A stretch of 64,000 nt of DNA from Paraspadella gotoi (Eukaryota; Animalia; Chaetognatha), in the NCBI GenBank assembly GCA_051294375.1, contig CM119269.1, positions 4,094,626 through 4,158,625 of the forward strand, written 5' to 3'. This document shows positions 25,191 through 40,600 of the stretch, in pieces (the first letter of the stretch is position 1; each line of letters begins with the position of its first letter). The translations under genes were made by a program, and so were the position numbers. The notes below the pieces were generated by a model that saw only the letters and a program-made list of their open reading frames with translations, was not told the DNA's origin and made no database searches.

Positions 25191-26313
25191 CTGGGGTATG
25201 GAGAAACTGGAGGAAGAAATGGGAGGGAAGAATGAGAACGCGTTGAGGAATTAAGGGAGAAGGAAAGTTAAGAGGGAGAGAAAGGGGAGGAAAGGATGAA
25301 AGAGGTAGGGGTGTGAGGATGATAAGTGCGTTAGGTAGGTAGGTAATTACTCGAAGTGATGACGAGGCAGGAATGTGGGTGAGGTCATGAAATAGTAAAA
25401 GAAGAGGTGTGGAAAATTTCCTTTTCTAATTTTGAGACATGCTTTTTTTGGTTTTTTTCTGCTTTTACTGGTTTTTTTTTTTATTTCCTTTTTTTGTGTT
25501 TTAATAATAGCCATTTATCATATAATACAATTAATATTCAGTTTTACTTAACTATTTCGCGCACCGTGTTTTCTCTCACCCGCCCTCCTCTCCCATATCA
25601 TCTCCAGACGATCCGATCCACCACCCCGATCCTTCACAATCCCGCAACGCAGCCTCGACGGGGTCCGGTCACGGCCGGACTGTTTGGGCCGGAGGACGCC
25701 CCTGCGGACTCAATCGTGGCGGCGTGAGTTTCATGTTCCGCGACGCTTCGCCGGACCCGTCGGCGTATCGGTACCGCGGAGGGAAGGACTCCCCGCCGCT
25801 GCGGACTCGTCCGGATTTTTGGCCTCCCGCGATGCCGGGTCGAAGGGATCCGGATTTCCGGGCCGAGCTTTGACATTTATTTACTTTCTTTGTCGGGTAT
25901 ACTTGTTTTTTTTTTGTAATATTTTTTTTTTTTTTTTTCTTTTCCTAATTGTAACAGTTAAAAATAGCAAAAGTACACAGAAGTTTCTCTTCTTTATTAT
26001 CTTCAAAGAGTTTTATTTTTATCCAATTAACAAAATCATTTATAAAAGAAATGTTTAAAATAAAATCAGTCGATACCTTAAATTTATTTTATTCATTCCT
26101 AGTTTTTTTTTTCTTATATTTTTTTTGTTATAAAAGCTGAAATCTTTTTAAAATTAGATCTTATCCTTTTTGTAGAAAAAAAATTTTAAATTTGAAAAAA
26201 GATTGTTCTGTCTTACACAATTTTTTAAAGAAAATTAAGCTCGCTGATTTTTATCGAATTTTTTTAACTACTTTCCCAAATTGATTACNNNNNNNNNNNN
26301 NNNNNNNNNNNNN

Positions 26314-26351
<38 letters not shown>

Positions 26352-27463
26352 GCAACTAAGAAGAACTGTTAGATTCGAGTTGCGGTGTGGCGGTTTGAAG
26401 ATTAGAACCTTTTGACGACTTGGCAAAAAATACTAACGACAAAGACGACGATGATAACAGCGACGACAAAGATGACGACGACGACTGGAACAAAAGGCTT
26501 TCAGATTTCCATCGAAACTCAATGGAAAGAGAAACCGAATTGAATGTAATTATCGAGAAGGGAGAGACAAGACAACCTGTGAAACATAATCGTCATCGAC
26601 ATTGAGATCTCTCTCTCTCTCTCTCTCTCTNNNNNNNNNNNNNNNNNNNNNNNNNNNNNNNNNNNNNNNNNNNNNNNNNNNNNNNNNNNNNNNNNNNNNN
26701 NNNNNNNNNNNNNNNNNNNNNNNNNNNNNNNNNNNNNNNNNNNNNNNNNNNNNNNNNNNNNNNNNNNNNNNNNNNNNNNNNNNNNNNNNNNNNNNNNNNN
26801 NNNNNNNNNNNNNNNNNNNNNNNNNNNNNNNNNNNNNNNNNNNNNNNNNNNNNNNNNNNNNNNNNNNNNNNNNNNNNNNNNNNNNNNNNNNNNNNNNNNN
26901 NNNNNNNNNNNNNNNNNNNNNNNNNNNNNNNNNNNNNNNNNNNNNNNNNNNNNNNNNNNNNNNNNNNNNNNNNNNNNNNNNNNNNNNNNNNNNNNNNNNN
27001 NNNNNNNNNNNNNNNNNNNNNNNNNNNNNNNNNNNNNNNNNNNNNNNNNNNNNNNNNNNNNNNNNNGTGGTCAATGGTCAATATTTGCAAGAGGCCAGTC
27101 CGTGTGAGTCATGAAACAAAAGAAACGAAGACAAATGAATTGAAAATTTGAAATTAAATTATGTACAAATGATGAATTTAAAAGTCAGAAAGCGATGATT
27201 TCAAAAATCGAGGAGACGACAAACAGAAGGACGCAATAAACTAATTACGCCTTCGACGACGACGACGACGACCAATACGACGATAACATTTACAACGACA
27301 ACGAATCGAAGCCAAGACAAAGATGGCGCCCGACTCGTCGGTGTCGCCTTTCACTTTTCGTTGACGTAACAGCAGAAACGACGTCAAAATCGGCGCCGTC
27401 GTCAAAGCGCGTCCGTCGCCATGGTAACTCAGGCCGAACGTCTCGCATTGGAGAGTGGAGAAA

Positions 27464-27498
<35 letters not shown>

Positions 27499-28697
27499 TA
27501 AAACCTTGGATAATAACAATGAACAAAATAAATACAAAGCGAATTGCCGAGAAAACGATTGTCGAGAAAAAATAGGATTTTGACCATAAATGATGGGATT
27601 CTGAGGCTTGAACATTGCATTGCATTACATTGTATGTAGAAAATGTTTATTATTTTATTATTATTATTATTATTTTATTATTTTATTTTTTTATTATTCT
27701 GAGGCTTGAACATTGCATTGCATTACATTGTATGTNNNNNNNNNNNNNNNNNNNNNNNNNNNNNNNNNNNNNNNNNNNNNNNNNNNNNNNNNNNNNNNNN
27801 NNNNNNNNNNNNNNNNNNNNNNNNNNNNNNNNNNNNNNNNNNNNNNNNNNNNNNNNNNNNNNNNNNNNNNNNNNNNNNNNNNNNNNNNNNNNNTCTCAAA
27901 CCTGATTTGGGATCGAAAAAGGAGACCCGGCTTCGCCCGGATCTCGAACTTTCTCTCGATTTCGTTTCTCCGTCGCCGAGAATTCCCTGAGCAAAGTGGG
28001 TGAAGGTAAGTTAAAAGATTACAAGTTGAAACCGAATTTGGGGCAAAGTTCGAAGAGATTAAGAATTATAAACAAAGTCGCGTTCGGTTATGGGGAAATT
28101 AAAAAAAAAAGGTTATTAGAATTGGGATGAGATAAATTGATAATATAAATTAGGCGATGAGATTTAAAATTTTAAATANNNNNNNNNNNNNNNNNNNNNN
28201 NNNNNNNNNNNNNNNNNNNNNNNNNNNNNNNNNNNNNNNNNNNNNNNNNNNNNNNNNNNNNNNNNNNNNNNNNNNNNNNNNNNNNNNNNNNNNNNNNNNN
28301 NNNNNNNNNNNNNNNNNNNNNNNNNNNNNNNNNNNNNNNNNNNNNNNNNNNNNNNNNNNNNNNNNNNNNNNNNNNNNNNNNNNNNNNNNNNNNNNNNNNN
28401 NNNNNNNNNNNNNNNNNNNNNNNNNNNNNNNNNNNNNNNNNNNNNNNAAAATATCACAGGGCCTCGCTATCGAGCCAGAATGACTACCCTGTAAGTGCTT
28501 TGTAGGGTAGATGACGGAAAATATAACAGTGCCTTGGTATCGAGCCAGAATGACTACATTATATTTATAAGAGATTAGTAGGGTGAATGATGGAAAATAT
28601 CACAGGGCCTCGCTATCAAGCCACAACGACCCCTCACTCCCCTTCTCCCTCACCCTCCCTCTTCTCCTCAACTTCCCTCTCCCTCACCCGAACTCAC

Positions 28698-28874
28698 CCG
28701 CCTCCTCGGACGCCTTGAGATTGAGCGTGTCGCACAGAGGGACGTCGATCTCGATCGTGTTGGGTTGCTCCGAGGCGAGGTTGCTGAGGCGCTCCCTCTC
28801 GACAATGTCGTCGATCATGTCCTCCATCTCGTCGATGTCCATCTCCTCCTCATCCTCTTCCTCCTCCTCCTCGG
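28698..28874 (-). CDS. Acidic low-complexity internal exon (HCN tail or neighbouring gene)
   Basis: CAG/GTGAGT bounded, phase 1 to 1, EEEEEEDEEEMDIDEMEDMIDDIVERERLSNLASEQPNTIEIDVPLCDTLNLKASEEA; noisy plus-strand copy near 24011-24184. Confidence 0.65.
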
Positions 28875-30116
28875 CTGGAGGAGAGGAGGGAGTTGAAGGT
28901 AAATAGAAAGAATTATGAATAAAATGATTTAATTAAATATTCATGGGAAAAATTAACTAAATTAATTTATACTTTTTGTTTACAAATAAAAAAGGAATAA
29001 ATTGAGTGAATGAATGTATTAAAAGAAAAAAAATATAAAATATAATGCTTATGTACAACTATTAGATAAAATAATTATAAACAGAACTAGAAATATTTCT
29101 TTTTGAATAAAAAATATATTAATATAAATAACCAAATGGCAGCTGATAAAACGCTTCAGAATTTAGCAATATCTAAATTTGACAAAAAAAGAACAATTTT
29201 TGGAACAATAGAAAGGTTTTAATTTGGCAAAAAACCTCTTTGATTTTCACCTATAAAAACAAAAGCACACGAGACGAACGCGCACGTTTTTTTCGCCTCC
29301 GCATTCGCCTCCCCTTCTCGCCCAATTTTTTGACTCTTGTCCAAGTTCGCCACCTCAAAAAACATGCGCCTGCCGCGCGTTTTCACTCCGCCCTCCGCGG
29401 ATCGCGTCTGCATCTCTGCCTGTGATATTTTCACTTCATCCACCCTACTAAGCTCTCTCATAGTGAAGTCGTTCTGGCCCTCGCGAACGCAGGCCCNNNN
29501 NNNNNNNNNNNNNNNNNNNNNGGGGAGGAATTTGATTGAAGGGAGGAATCAAAGAAGAAAAGAAAAGAAGTTAAGGGGACCAAGTGAACATGGGGGGTAA
29601 AAAGCTGAAAACATAACGTTTGACCCTTTAACTTAAGCTGGTTCTGATCATATAATTTTTTTTTCTATAATCATTTGGGAAAGTAGTTAAAAAATTCGAT
29701 AAAATCAGCGAGCTTAATTTTCTTTAAAAAATTGGTAAGAAGAAAATCTTTTTCAAATTTAAAATTTTTTTGCTAAAAAAGGGTAAGATCTAATTTTAAA
29801 AAGATTTTCAGCTTTTATAACAAAAATTTAAAAGAAAAAAAAACTAGGAATGAATAAAAATTTAAGGTATCGACTGATTTTATTTAAACATTCTTTTAAA
29901 ATGATTTTGTTAATTGGATAAAAATAAAACTCTTTGAAGTAATATAAATATAAAAAGAAGAGAAAGATTCTGTACTTTTGCTAAATTTTTAACTGTTACA
30001 ATTAGGAAAAGAAAAAAAAAAAAGGAAAAAAAAAATATTACAAAAAAAAAACAAGTATACCCGACAAAGAAGTAAAAAAATGTCAAAGCTCGGCCGGAAA
30101 TCCGGATTCCCCTCAC

Positions 30117-30341
30117 CCGGCATCGGCGAGGCCAAAAATCCGGACGAGTCCCGCAGCGGCGAGGGAGTCCTTCCTCCGCGGAACCGATACGCCGACGGGA
30201 CCGGCGAAGCGTCGCGGAACATGACCGCCGCCACGATTGAGTCCGCCAGGGCGTCCTCCGGCCCCAAACAGTCCGGGCCGTGACCGGACCCGTCGAGGCT
30301 GCGTTGCGGGGATGTGAGGAGCGGGGTGGGGATCGGATCGT
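30117..30341 (-). CDS. Pro/Ser-rich internal exon following 28698-28874
   Basis: CAG/GTGAGG bounded, phase 1 to 1, DDPIPTPLLTSPQRSLDGSGHGPDCLGPEDALADSIVAAVMFRDASPVPSAYRFRGGRTPSPLRDSSGFLASPMP; noisy plus copies near 25608-25838 and 45827-46068. Confidence 0.65.
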
Positions 30342-31316
30342 CTGGAGATGATTATGGGGAGAGGGGGGCGGGTGAGGGAAAATACGGGGCGCGAAAAGTT
30401 AGTAAACTGAAAATTAATGTATTTATATGATAAATGGCTATTATTAAAAAAAAAAGGAAAATAAAAAAAACCCAGAAAAGCAGAAAAACACAAAAAAAAA
30501 GCATGTCTCAAAATTAGAGAAAGGAAATTTTCCCCCACCCTCTCTTTTACTATTTCCTTTGACCTCACCCACATTCCTGCCTCGTCATCACTTCGAGTAC
30601 TTACCTACCTACCTACCGCACTTATCATCCTCACACCCCTACCTCTTTCTCCTTTCCTCCCCTTTCTCCTCTTAACTTTCCTTCTCCCGTTAATTCCTCA
30701 ACGCTTCTCATTCTTTCCCTCCCATTTCTTCCTCCAGTTTCTCCATCACCCCACTATAAGAGCTTAGTAGGGTGGATGACGGAAAATATCACAGGGCCTC
30801 ACTATCAAGCCAGAACGACTACCCTGTAAGAGCTTAGTAGGGTGGATGACGGAAAATATCACAGGGNNNNNNNNNNNNNNNNNNNNNNNNNNNNNNNNNN
30901 NNNNNNNNNNNNNNNNNNNNNNNNNNNNNNNNNNNNNNNNNNNNNNNNNNNNNNNNNNNNNNNNNNNNNNNNNNNNNNNNNNNNNNNNNNNNNNNNNNNN
31001 NNNNNNNNNNNNNNNNNNNNNNNNNNNNNNNNNNNNNNNNNNNNNNNNNNNNNNNNNNNNNNNNNAGGAAAGGCGGTGACGAACTTGGGGTCATTTTAAG
31101 GGAAATAAATTAAGTAGTGAATAGGTGTTTAATTATGGGCGAATTATTTATTAATGTAACATTGATATTTCCAAATCATCTCCACTTGGCAAAAACTCTT
31201 TGGCGATTTTTGAAAAGTTTTCACAGCCTTCTTTTCATTAAACGTCGTTTCTAAACGATTCATAAACAATGTTTATTAAACGTACTTAGTTTTTTTTCCA
31301 TATTTAAAAAGAGATT

Positions 31317-31638
31317 TCACAACGCCTCCTCTTCCTCCTTCTTTCCCCGACAAAACTCCAACCTTCCGCTGGCGACGTCGAACCGCAGCAGCGGAAGACA
31401 CTCTCGATCCTCCTCGTCATTCGCCGCAGCCGACGCGGCGGACGACGCTGCCGACGACGCCGTCTCCTCCAGCAGATGAGCGACATTTCCGGGCGGCGTC
31501 GGCGGCGTCGGCGACGTCGGCGTGGTCACGGGCGACGGCGACGACGTCTCCCTCGAGCGGTGACGCTTCATCAACGCCGCGCCGCTGGAGGCGCGCCGGC
31601 TTTTGAGGATCGAGGCCCGGGTCTTGCAGGAGGAGGAA
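31317..31638 (-). CDS. Partial terminal exon, Ser/Pro/Ala-rich, ending KKEEEEAL-stop
   Basis: GC-rich open frame ..ILKSRRASSGAALMKRHRSRETSSPSPVTTPTSPTPPTPP..EEEEAL*; its 5' part and acceptor appear only in the noisy plus copy at about 46689-47151, where it follows the previous exon colinearly. Confidence 0.55.
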
Positions 31639-31639
31639 C

Positions 31640-34140
31640 TTTCCTCGTGTGTTTTTTTAACGGGATTTTCGATTCAAATCTGTGATTCACTTCTGTGACA
31701 TTAACAGTGACATTTGTCTCGCCCTTTTCACCGCTTTTAAAATTACCATTGATTAAAGTAAAACTCAACTCAACTCACTATGCTATACGTCGAATTATTA
31801 GATTCGGTCTGACTTACCAAGCGAGGCGAAACCGGTAACATTTTCAAAAAATTCGAGAACTCTCTCTTCTCTCTCTCTCTCTGTCTCCCACTTTCTGCCT
31901 TTTCTTTTCTTTCTCTCCCCCTTTCTCTGCCCTTCTTATTCGTTAAACAATTCTTGGAAAAAGCCTCGTTAAAAAACAGGTTTAAGAGATAACAACTTTG
32001 GCTTACGCCTTGAAAACTGCCGTTCGCTTTTGTAACTTTGATGCAACGAAAGCGAGCAGAAATTTAAGTGCGGATCGCCCTAATTTTATGAGCCAGTTTT
32101 TTGTCATGAGACCAAATAGTTTTGATTGTCGACTCAACGAAGAACGAGTGTTATTTAGATTCTGATAAATTAATAATAATTAATTAATTAATTAATAAGA
32201 TCCAAAATTTTTATTTGCAAGATTTTAAACTTAATTTTTAATTTGTATATTGGAAACTGTGAGCAGACTCTATTAATTCGAGGTGATTTGTACTGAATTT
32301 TTTTTTTTTTTTTTTGACATTTATATCGATTTTCGGTAATAAAAAAGTTAATAAAAGTCGTAATGGTTAACAATAGAAAGTTTTCAGGCTACAACAAGTA
32401 ATAAAAATTCCTTGCGAATAGTCACTGAAAAGTGCCATTTATTTTCAAGTAATAATTAACTTTCGATTAGCTCGTTTAAAAATGTGAAGGAAGCATTCTT
32501 TGACGGAACAAATACCGGATTTCACTTGTCTTTTTCTCCCGGGTCATTAAAAACGGGAGTTCAAAAGTTAAGCCAGGAATTATATTTATCTTACAACTCC
32601 GGTGCAACTGTGCACAATGATTTACAGCGGGAATTGTTTTGTTTCTTTTCGTTTCGTTGCGTTTGTAGCATTAAAGGGCGAATAGTTTTGTTATTATTTT
32701 GAACAAAGAATTTATTTTGTATGAAAAATGGACATGTCGGCTTCAATGTAAGCTTCATCAGCGCAAATGTGAAATTGAATTTTGATTTAAATTATATTCA
32801 AGGTTTGAAGTTGAGACGAGAGATGAGAGAGAAAGAGAGCAGAGAGAGAGAGATGAGAGAGACGAGGAGAGAGAGAGAGAAAGCAGGGAGCAAGTTTCCA
32901 AAAAGAATTTGAAGAAAAGTACAGTGGTAGACTGGAGAATAGGTTAAGGCTGAGGACAAGGAGAGTGAAGGAGAGTGACAAAGAGAATTGAAAAATTTGG
33001 TTCAGATTTTTGTTTACAGTAAAATTCATTTACGTAATGTAAATGAAACATTAATTCTTTTAAAATAGTAAACTATGAAAAATAAACAATTAAACTTAAA
33101 TTAATTTTTAGATTTAATAGGAGAATGAAAAATGAAATATCAAAGATAAAATTCAGCCTCCTTGTATTTTGATGCTAGTGCGGGAGTACAATAAGTATTC
33201 CCTGATCTAATACTTAAGGCGCAGTGGTCTTTCATACAATTGAAACATCTTTGAAATATTTTCCACTTCATTGATAGGGGAAGCCAGCGTACTCTGGGAG
33301 GAATAACGAGACTGTTGAGAGAGTCTTGATTTGAGAAGCTTGCAGGGACCTGCTATGTCTTTATCTTGGCTAAGAGTGGATGGGCGGGCCTTAAACAACA
33401 AAGCCTTCCAAAGTCAGGGGCAAGATAGCTTATTTATTAAAATGAATGGATAATTTTTATATTGCGTTGGTACCCAATTTCATAAAGATAGAGAATAGGT
33501 TAAAGAGAAAGAAAGTGAAAAATGAAGAAAAGAAAGAGCTCAAAATAGTAAGCTGACCCCCTCCCTTTTTTTGGACAAAGGAAAGGTACGGCACATGACC
33601 TGAAAGTCAATGAGATAAAATTATTCATTACATTTCTGAGAAAATTTCAATGGAGCAAATTTTTCAAAATGGCAAGAAAAGCATTAGTAATTAATTTTTT
33701 AATATTTATTATAGATAGGAATGTCAAAAATTTTTTTTTGGAAAATTTTTTATTTTTAAAAGCGATTCAAATAGCTTATGAAAAGTTATCTACACAAAGT
33801 ATAATTCTTTTTTCAATATTGGGATGATTAAGTGGGTTTAAAATGAGAAAAACCTTAAAAATAATCATCATCATCATCATCGCATGATTTTACAGTTTTT
33901 ACTAATTTTTACTAATTAAAACATCAAAAATTTAAAAAGTTGTAATTAATTTTTGCTTAACTCTTTTAAGCTCTAATCAGAATCATTAAAAAAACTTCAA
34001 AATATCCCAAATTTTTAACATTATTATAGCAAATATAATAATTATTAATTAGCGAATTACTCATCGGTTCGGAACATTTTTTTTGCAAAAAATATTAACA
34101 AAAATAATTTAATACCAATTAGTTAAATGCTGTTCCCATT
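31640..34140. repeat. Segment present as a direct copy at about 47435-49953 and as inverted pieces at about 42699-44665
   Basis: Near-identical non-coding sequence differing mainly by homopolymer-type indels. Confidence 0.85.
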
Positions 34141-35267
34141 TAAAATTTGAATTTTGTCGGCTCCCCGCTAAAATACGATAAACGATAAGGTGCTTGTTTC
34201 TTATTATTAAGACGGGAGAGAGATGCGTAGCAGCATTTGACAGTACCCGGTTTGATTACCTTACCTTTTCGCTGTTTTTTTTTGTTTTTTATTTTTTGAA
34301 TGCCGTTCTTGTCGTTGTTCTTTTTTTTTAAATTTGTCGCAAGTACAGTTTTTCGTCGTTTCGTTGTAGCATTGAAGGAGACGGGTGTTGTCGTTGTTGT
34401 TGTGAATACTTTATAAACATCGAGAATGAATCAGCTAAGGAAAAGTATTTCCGAGGACAAAATATTAAAAATACAAATTGTACGAGACCGTCTCATCCGC
34501 GATCGGATTCGGCGTCCGTTCACGAAACTGTTTATGGTTATGCTTCCGTGTGCAAAACCTTGCTCGATAACTCACGCCCAACACTTCTGAACTTACTGAC
34601 CAAAGTCTGGCAGAATTGACGGGTAAATAAACAAGTCAGCCCGTCAAATCCCGTCCGCGTCGTATTAAAAAGTTTGATTGATTAAAATATACTAATTAAA
34701 ACACTTTTAATTCAATTCCCCCCCCCCTCTGTCCCAAACGCTTGCTCCCTTAAGAAACGCGATGGCCAGATTTGTCACTTTTCACATCCGCTAAAATCCG
34801 TCTTTCCGTCTTTCCTTAATAAAAACAAAGCGTTCGGCGCGAGACCCTTTCCTCAAATAAAAATAAAGTCCGCGCCCCGCTGCGATTCGCCGCCGGTTCG
34901 TACGGCCCTCAGCCTGCGTCAGATCTCGTTGACCACCGCGTGATCCCTTCCGCGCTCTTTCCACGCCAAGACCGGGACTGGTCTCCCTTACGGAGAGAAC
35001 CAAAGTTGTTTTCTTTTTAGTATAGGGATCTGGTTTTCTGACGACAAATGCAAATCGAAAGTTGGAAAACGATTTCAGAGCAAAAATCGTCAATTCGTAA
35101 TAAAAACGTTTTCCGAGGCTGTTGAGGCAGTGTGAAATATACCTCCCTACTTCGATGTTGTTCGCACTGAGGGCGTTGCTTAATCGAAGTTCATCATCAG
35201 TTCGTCGTCGAGTCGTCGTCGAGAAAAAAAAAGAAAAAAAGATATGATGAAAGAAAGCAAAGAATAA

Positions 35268-35307
<40 letters not shown>

Positions 35308-35454
35308 AGATAAGAACGGAAAGATAGAAAGAAATAATACATAAATAAATAAGAAACTATATAAATAAAAAAATAATTAAATAAATAAATAAATAATAAA
35401 TAAATAAACAAATAATAAATAATAAATAAATAAATAAATAAATAAATAAATTAA

Positions 35455-35489
<35 letters not shown>

Positions 35490-37619
35490 AATAAATAAAT
35501 AAAATAATTAATTATATAAAATTGGTTTACCCAATTTCATAAAATTCCGCTCCCTGTATTTTGATGGTAGGCGGAGTACTTTGAAATATAATTGCAACTT
35601 CCATTGATAGGGAAGCAAAGGTACTCTGCGGTAATGGATAAACGAAACTGTTGAGAAAGTTTTTTAATTGAAAGCTGCTATGTGTTATCTTGTAAGAGTG
35701 ATGGAGGCCTATCTAGGAATATCTACCGTACCGACAGGCAGTTAGACTTTCGAATTCCCAGCCCGAAGGTGGTAATACTAAAATAGCTTCCTTAGTAAGA
35801 CCGACGTATAATCCAAAGATCTTAATTAATCCCTTCACAACGATTTGATGTCTTTCAAATATAGTTTACTCAGACCATTCAAAATATAAGTCAATCAATT
35901 CTACCAGCTCTGTATATCCGTCTATTCTCCTCTGCATATAAAAATAATTGGACAAATTTCTCCCAGTCCCTTCGGAGAGTGAGTACATGAGACGTACCGG
36001 CGACGGAAATTCTTCTCCGCTTTTGCGCTTCTCCGCGCGGGGACAATTTTCAAAACAGTTCCTGTTTTCCTAATTATTGATTTCAAATGGTTTTTGCCGG
36101 GCGTCGGCCTCGAAATCGGTTCCAGAGTTCCCGGGACCCCCGAACCGGTTTTTAGTCGGATGTGCTTATCAGCACGATCCCGACTCTATAATTTCACTTT
36201 TGTCGGCGTCCGTCGGTCCGCCCCCTCAATCTTGTCGCGGCACTCACTAATATTCATGTTTCAGAACAATCGAATTATGATCAATATTATGCAACCAAGT
36301 TTTGAGCAAACAATGTCGGAACTGATTGATTAATTATGATTAATTTATCGGACTAATTGATTAATTTAACTGATAATTATTTGATGTAATTAATACACCC
36401 TGCATTCACATTTTAAAATTAAAAATAAAATAAAGCATAATCAATTAGGTTAAACAGGTTCTTGTTTTTAAACTCATCCACTCAAACGATTCCATTCGAT
36501 ACTTTGATTTCCTGCTCAATCACACACTTTCCTACCCACATACAAAATTCCATTCAATTCATTTTATTTTAATTCATTTTATTCAATTTCATTTTTATTC
36601 AATTCATTTTATTCAATTATTTTCATTCATTTCATTCCATCCAATTCATTATATACAATTATTTTCATTCAATTTATTTCATTTCAATCATTTTATTTCA
36701 ATTCATTTCATTCAATTCATTTTAGTCAATTCTTTTAACTTTATTCAATTCAATTTTATTCCAATAATCATCATCATCATTCAATATCATTATATTCAAT
36801 CATTTAATCATTCAGTTATTGAGTGAGGTGAGCAGTATATACAATTGCTTGAGTCAGATAAGCTTAGATATCATAAATTGAATTGTGATTTCTCAAATCC
36901 TTAATACATGTGATCATACTTTAGAATAGAACGTCAGATCGATTTTTATTTGAAATAATGTAATTGTAAACTTGATATTACAGGTCAATCGTTTCAAATT
37001 GAAAAACAAACAACTAAATTCTTAATTATTTATTTATTTTATTTATTAAAAACTAGATTTATAAAATTGTGTATAAGATCGTTGAAGGAACCATGCTGAA
37101 TTAAATAGCCCGTTTAGTCACTGGTATCGTAATACTACTTCATACCGACAATCGCATTACTTTAATCACATTCCCCTATAACTGGATAATCTTTTGCCCG
37201 AAGTCACGATCTCGACTCCCTTACAATATACCTCGAGCGCTCACATACAATTCAAATCCGTACCGGACATGACGTCGACCATGATGCAGTTGACCATAAT
37301 CGCGGACGGGTTAAGTCCCCCGATTCACGACGCTATGGCTAACTCACCCTAGCCTCGATCCTAAACGGTGAGCTTCAGGTCTATTCGCCTGTGAAACTTA
37401 TGTATTCATTCCCCGACGACCCCCCGCTGTTTCCTCCGTCTTCCTCCTCCCTTATAAATAGGTGAATGTACGTCCCCAAAAGAACGCAAGGTCTTATCCG
37501 AACACAATGACCAGTAGTAAAAACACAGCAGGCCGAAAAACACAAGTCGGATTTAAAAGGAAAAAAAAATAGTATTTCTCTTTAACGTGTTATTACTGCG
37601 TCCACTCTAGAAAAAAAAG

Positions 37620-40600
37620 ATGGGCGGCGACTATTTGGTTGCACTGCTTACATAACGATTAACGGGTCAGCTTGTATAGTATGGAGAGGACGCGTGCGAA
37701 CTTATTGAGCGAGTATAAGTAACGCCAATGTGAATAAAGAGAAACTAAAAGCTCGTAATCTGTAAAGTCGCTTTGGTTCCAGTGGCCAATCCAGAACTCT
37801 GAGAAAACAGAGTGCCACCAAGGTGAAATAGGTTAGTAATAATACAAAATTCTAATTTTAGATCTGAATCTGCCCCAGATGTTACTAACTAATCATTATT
37901 GTTAACTTTTACCACCTGTGAGTCTCTAATACTCAAGCATGCATGTGGAGCTTTAACATTTAAAAGTGAAATCGAACCTATATTCAAAAATATAATTAAC
38001 TATTAATTCGGCTATTTATCTATACTCCTAGGCGTCAGTGATGCCATGACGGCGCAATTTGTTTAACTTGATCTCTTGTCGATTAATTAAAAGGAATTGT
38101 ACGACTTTTTGTGTCAAATCCTTAGATAAACAATGTGTCCGTGTCTATCCATGGAAATGCCGGATATCCTATAAGTCTGTAAAGATCAGAAGGCATAAAA
38201 AATTTAACCAAGAAATCATATAATTACAGCTTTAAAATTTTATCTTTTCCTATGTATATAAAATGGAATTTAAAATTATCCAGGAAGAATGAATGATCCT
38301 TGATATTTTTACGGTTCTATATCTGAATCACTTATCATGAAATAATTTAAGAATACTTGTTAAGAGATGTATTTCAGCTATAGCCTGTACTGGTCTATTA
38401 TATATGATGGTCGTACGAAAAGGTTTATCTCGAATAAGTAGACATGACTGCGAAATCTATAGAGTTACGTGTTAATAGTAAGAGAACAAACGTAAAAGAA
38501 AATGTAATTAGTAGTCAAGCCATTAGAACTAGAAATATAAGATAATATTTACACAGAAAGATTGATGTACACATCATTTGAATGAAGATAAATGAGTAAG
38601 AGAAAGAGACAAGATACACCTAAGAAAGATAATAGATATAGACTCCTAGAGAAAGAAAAGTATACACGGAAAAAATATCTCTGGTACACAGTTTATCGTA
38701 AACATTCCTTGGTTTAGAATACAATTACGTTATTTCTACTGCCTCGCTCATCCTGTGCCATCTCTTATCACCTCGCGAGTAAGGTCGATACAATAACTGA
38801 GCGATTATGCCTGATTGTCCCTTCAAGACTGACAGATCCATATGGAAATCAGAAGGACAATTATAATGACAATGTGATGAATAATGAATGTCTTCATCAA
38901 TGATGAATAGTAATGGACGGCCCTGGCCCATCACGGTATAGAGCGTCGATGAAATAAAAAAGATACGCTCATAGTTGTGATAAGATTCGCCACGATTCAG
39001 ACGTACTGAACTGACTGTCCTTCAGATGAAATCTGGACGAGATACGTGATAAGAAATACTTACACTGCCGCATGAAAAGTACATGGAATGGGATCCGCGA
39101 AAAATGAGAAAGGAACATGTACAGATCATCTCCACAAGGAATGAGATCTGGTAACTGTATACCGTGATCAAACTGAAAAACTCAAGTACAATCGAACCTA
39201 ATAATACACTCGCGATCGTAATGCACTTTGAGGATTACTGACCCATCCCGAGAGAACATGGGGATGCATCCTATATGGCTCAGATATACCGTATATACTC
39301 AAACCTACTTACCAAATAGAGTCAACTTTTTAACAACTCCCCAGTATAGCAAGCCTTCATGTGAAATAAATATTAAAGCCGAGATTGCGTGTGTGCGTCA
39401 TTTATTTTCTCGTCCGCAGCAACCAAGAAAAGAACACGGATTCAATAAAGAACATGCTATGGAGTCCGCTAAATACCGCGAATGTATACCACACTCGACT
39501 CGACCCATGGAACCGCGAGAAGCACTGGTGGTATGCCGTAGTGATAGAGTGGACGGTATTCTAGAGAATGCTCATGATGTCCGTCTATACTAGATCAACC
39601 AAGAATTCCACTAATATGGTGCAATCAGGATTATGCTCCTACATCGCAACCTCTTCAAACCGATCAGTATCCGAACGATTGCCCACCTCATGCATTCAAT
39701 AATATACGCTGAAATATAGTTCTAATGAAAGCTACTTGGACTTCGTATAATGGTTAATCTTATGTGCACTGCAAGAAAAACCAGAAGAAGTATGTTCAGC
39801 TCATAAGGGAAAGAGCGAGCAGGAAATCAACACCTAAATAAACGATCAATGCTGGAACTCACAGTCAAGGAAGAGATGAACTGCTCAGGAAGAAAGTAAA
39901 CCAATTACTGATGCATACGAAAGAGAGTTGAATCGCATAAGATCACCTGAGAAGGACACGATTGAGTATGAGCTTCTATCATTGTCATCAAGTGCGAAGG
40001 CGGGAATGCTGCCTAAAAACTGAAGTGGTCACAGTTAAATCTAGTCAGACGTTACGACAACGGCAACCGGCGGACTCTGCGACCTGCAACAGTGATCCCG
40101 ATCACACGTCCATCCCAACGGCACGCCACTGTCAGACCGCCCGGAGATCACTATGCCACGTACGTCGCGGGTTGAATCGCTGTACGACGATGAACAACCA
40201 GAGCCGTCCACTATAAACCCGCCTCTCAAGAGAACACGAAGACGAAAGACGTGCAGCGAGTTGAAGGCATTTCCTCGAGAGCCAAGGTCGGATCGCGAGC
40301 GAGGCTCGATTCTCCTCGAAATGGTTGCCGAGGAAGGAGCGTGTGAGGATATCGCACGTGTGAAGATCTCGAAAAATCCGGTGAATACTCCCCTCTATGA
40401 TAAAGTTGTCGAATACTTTCACCTCCAACTCTGACTACATAGTATGGAACGAGGTAATACGATCTACCAATATTATGCTTTCGAATGTAGGAAGAAAGGA
40501 TGCAAAGATAGCAATTACTCAAGAACGAAACACTGAACAACACTACAATGTGAGAACTAATCAAAGCAGAATTGAGGATCATCGTAGTAGAACATGGTTA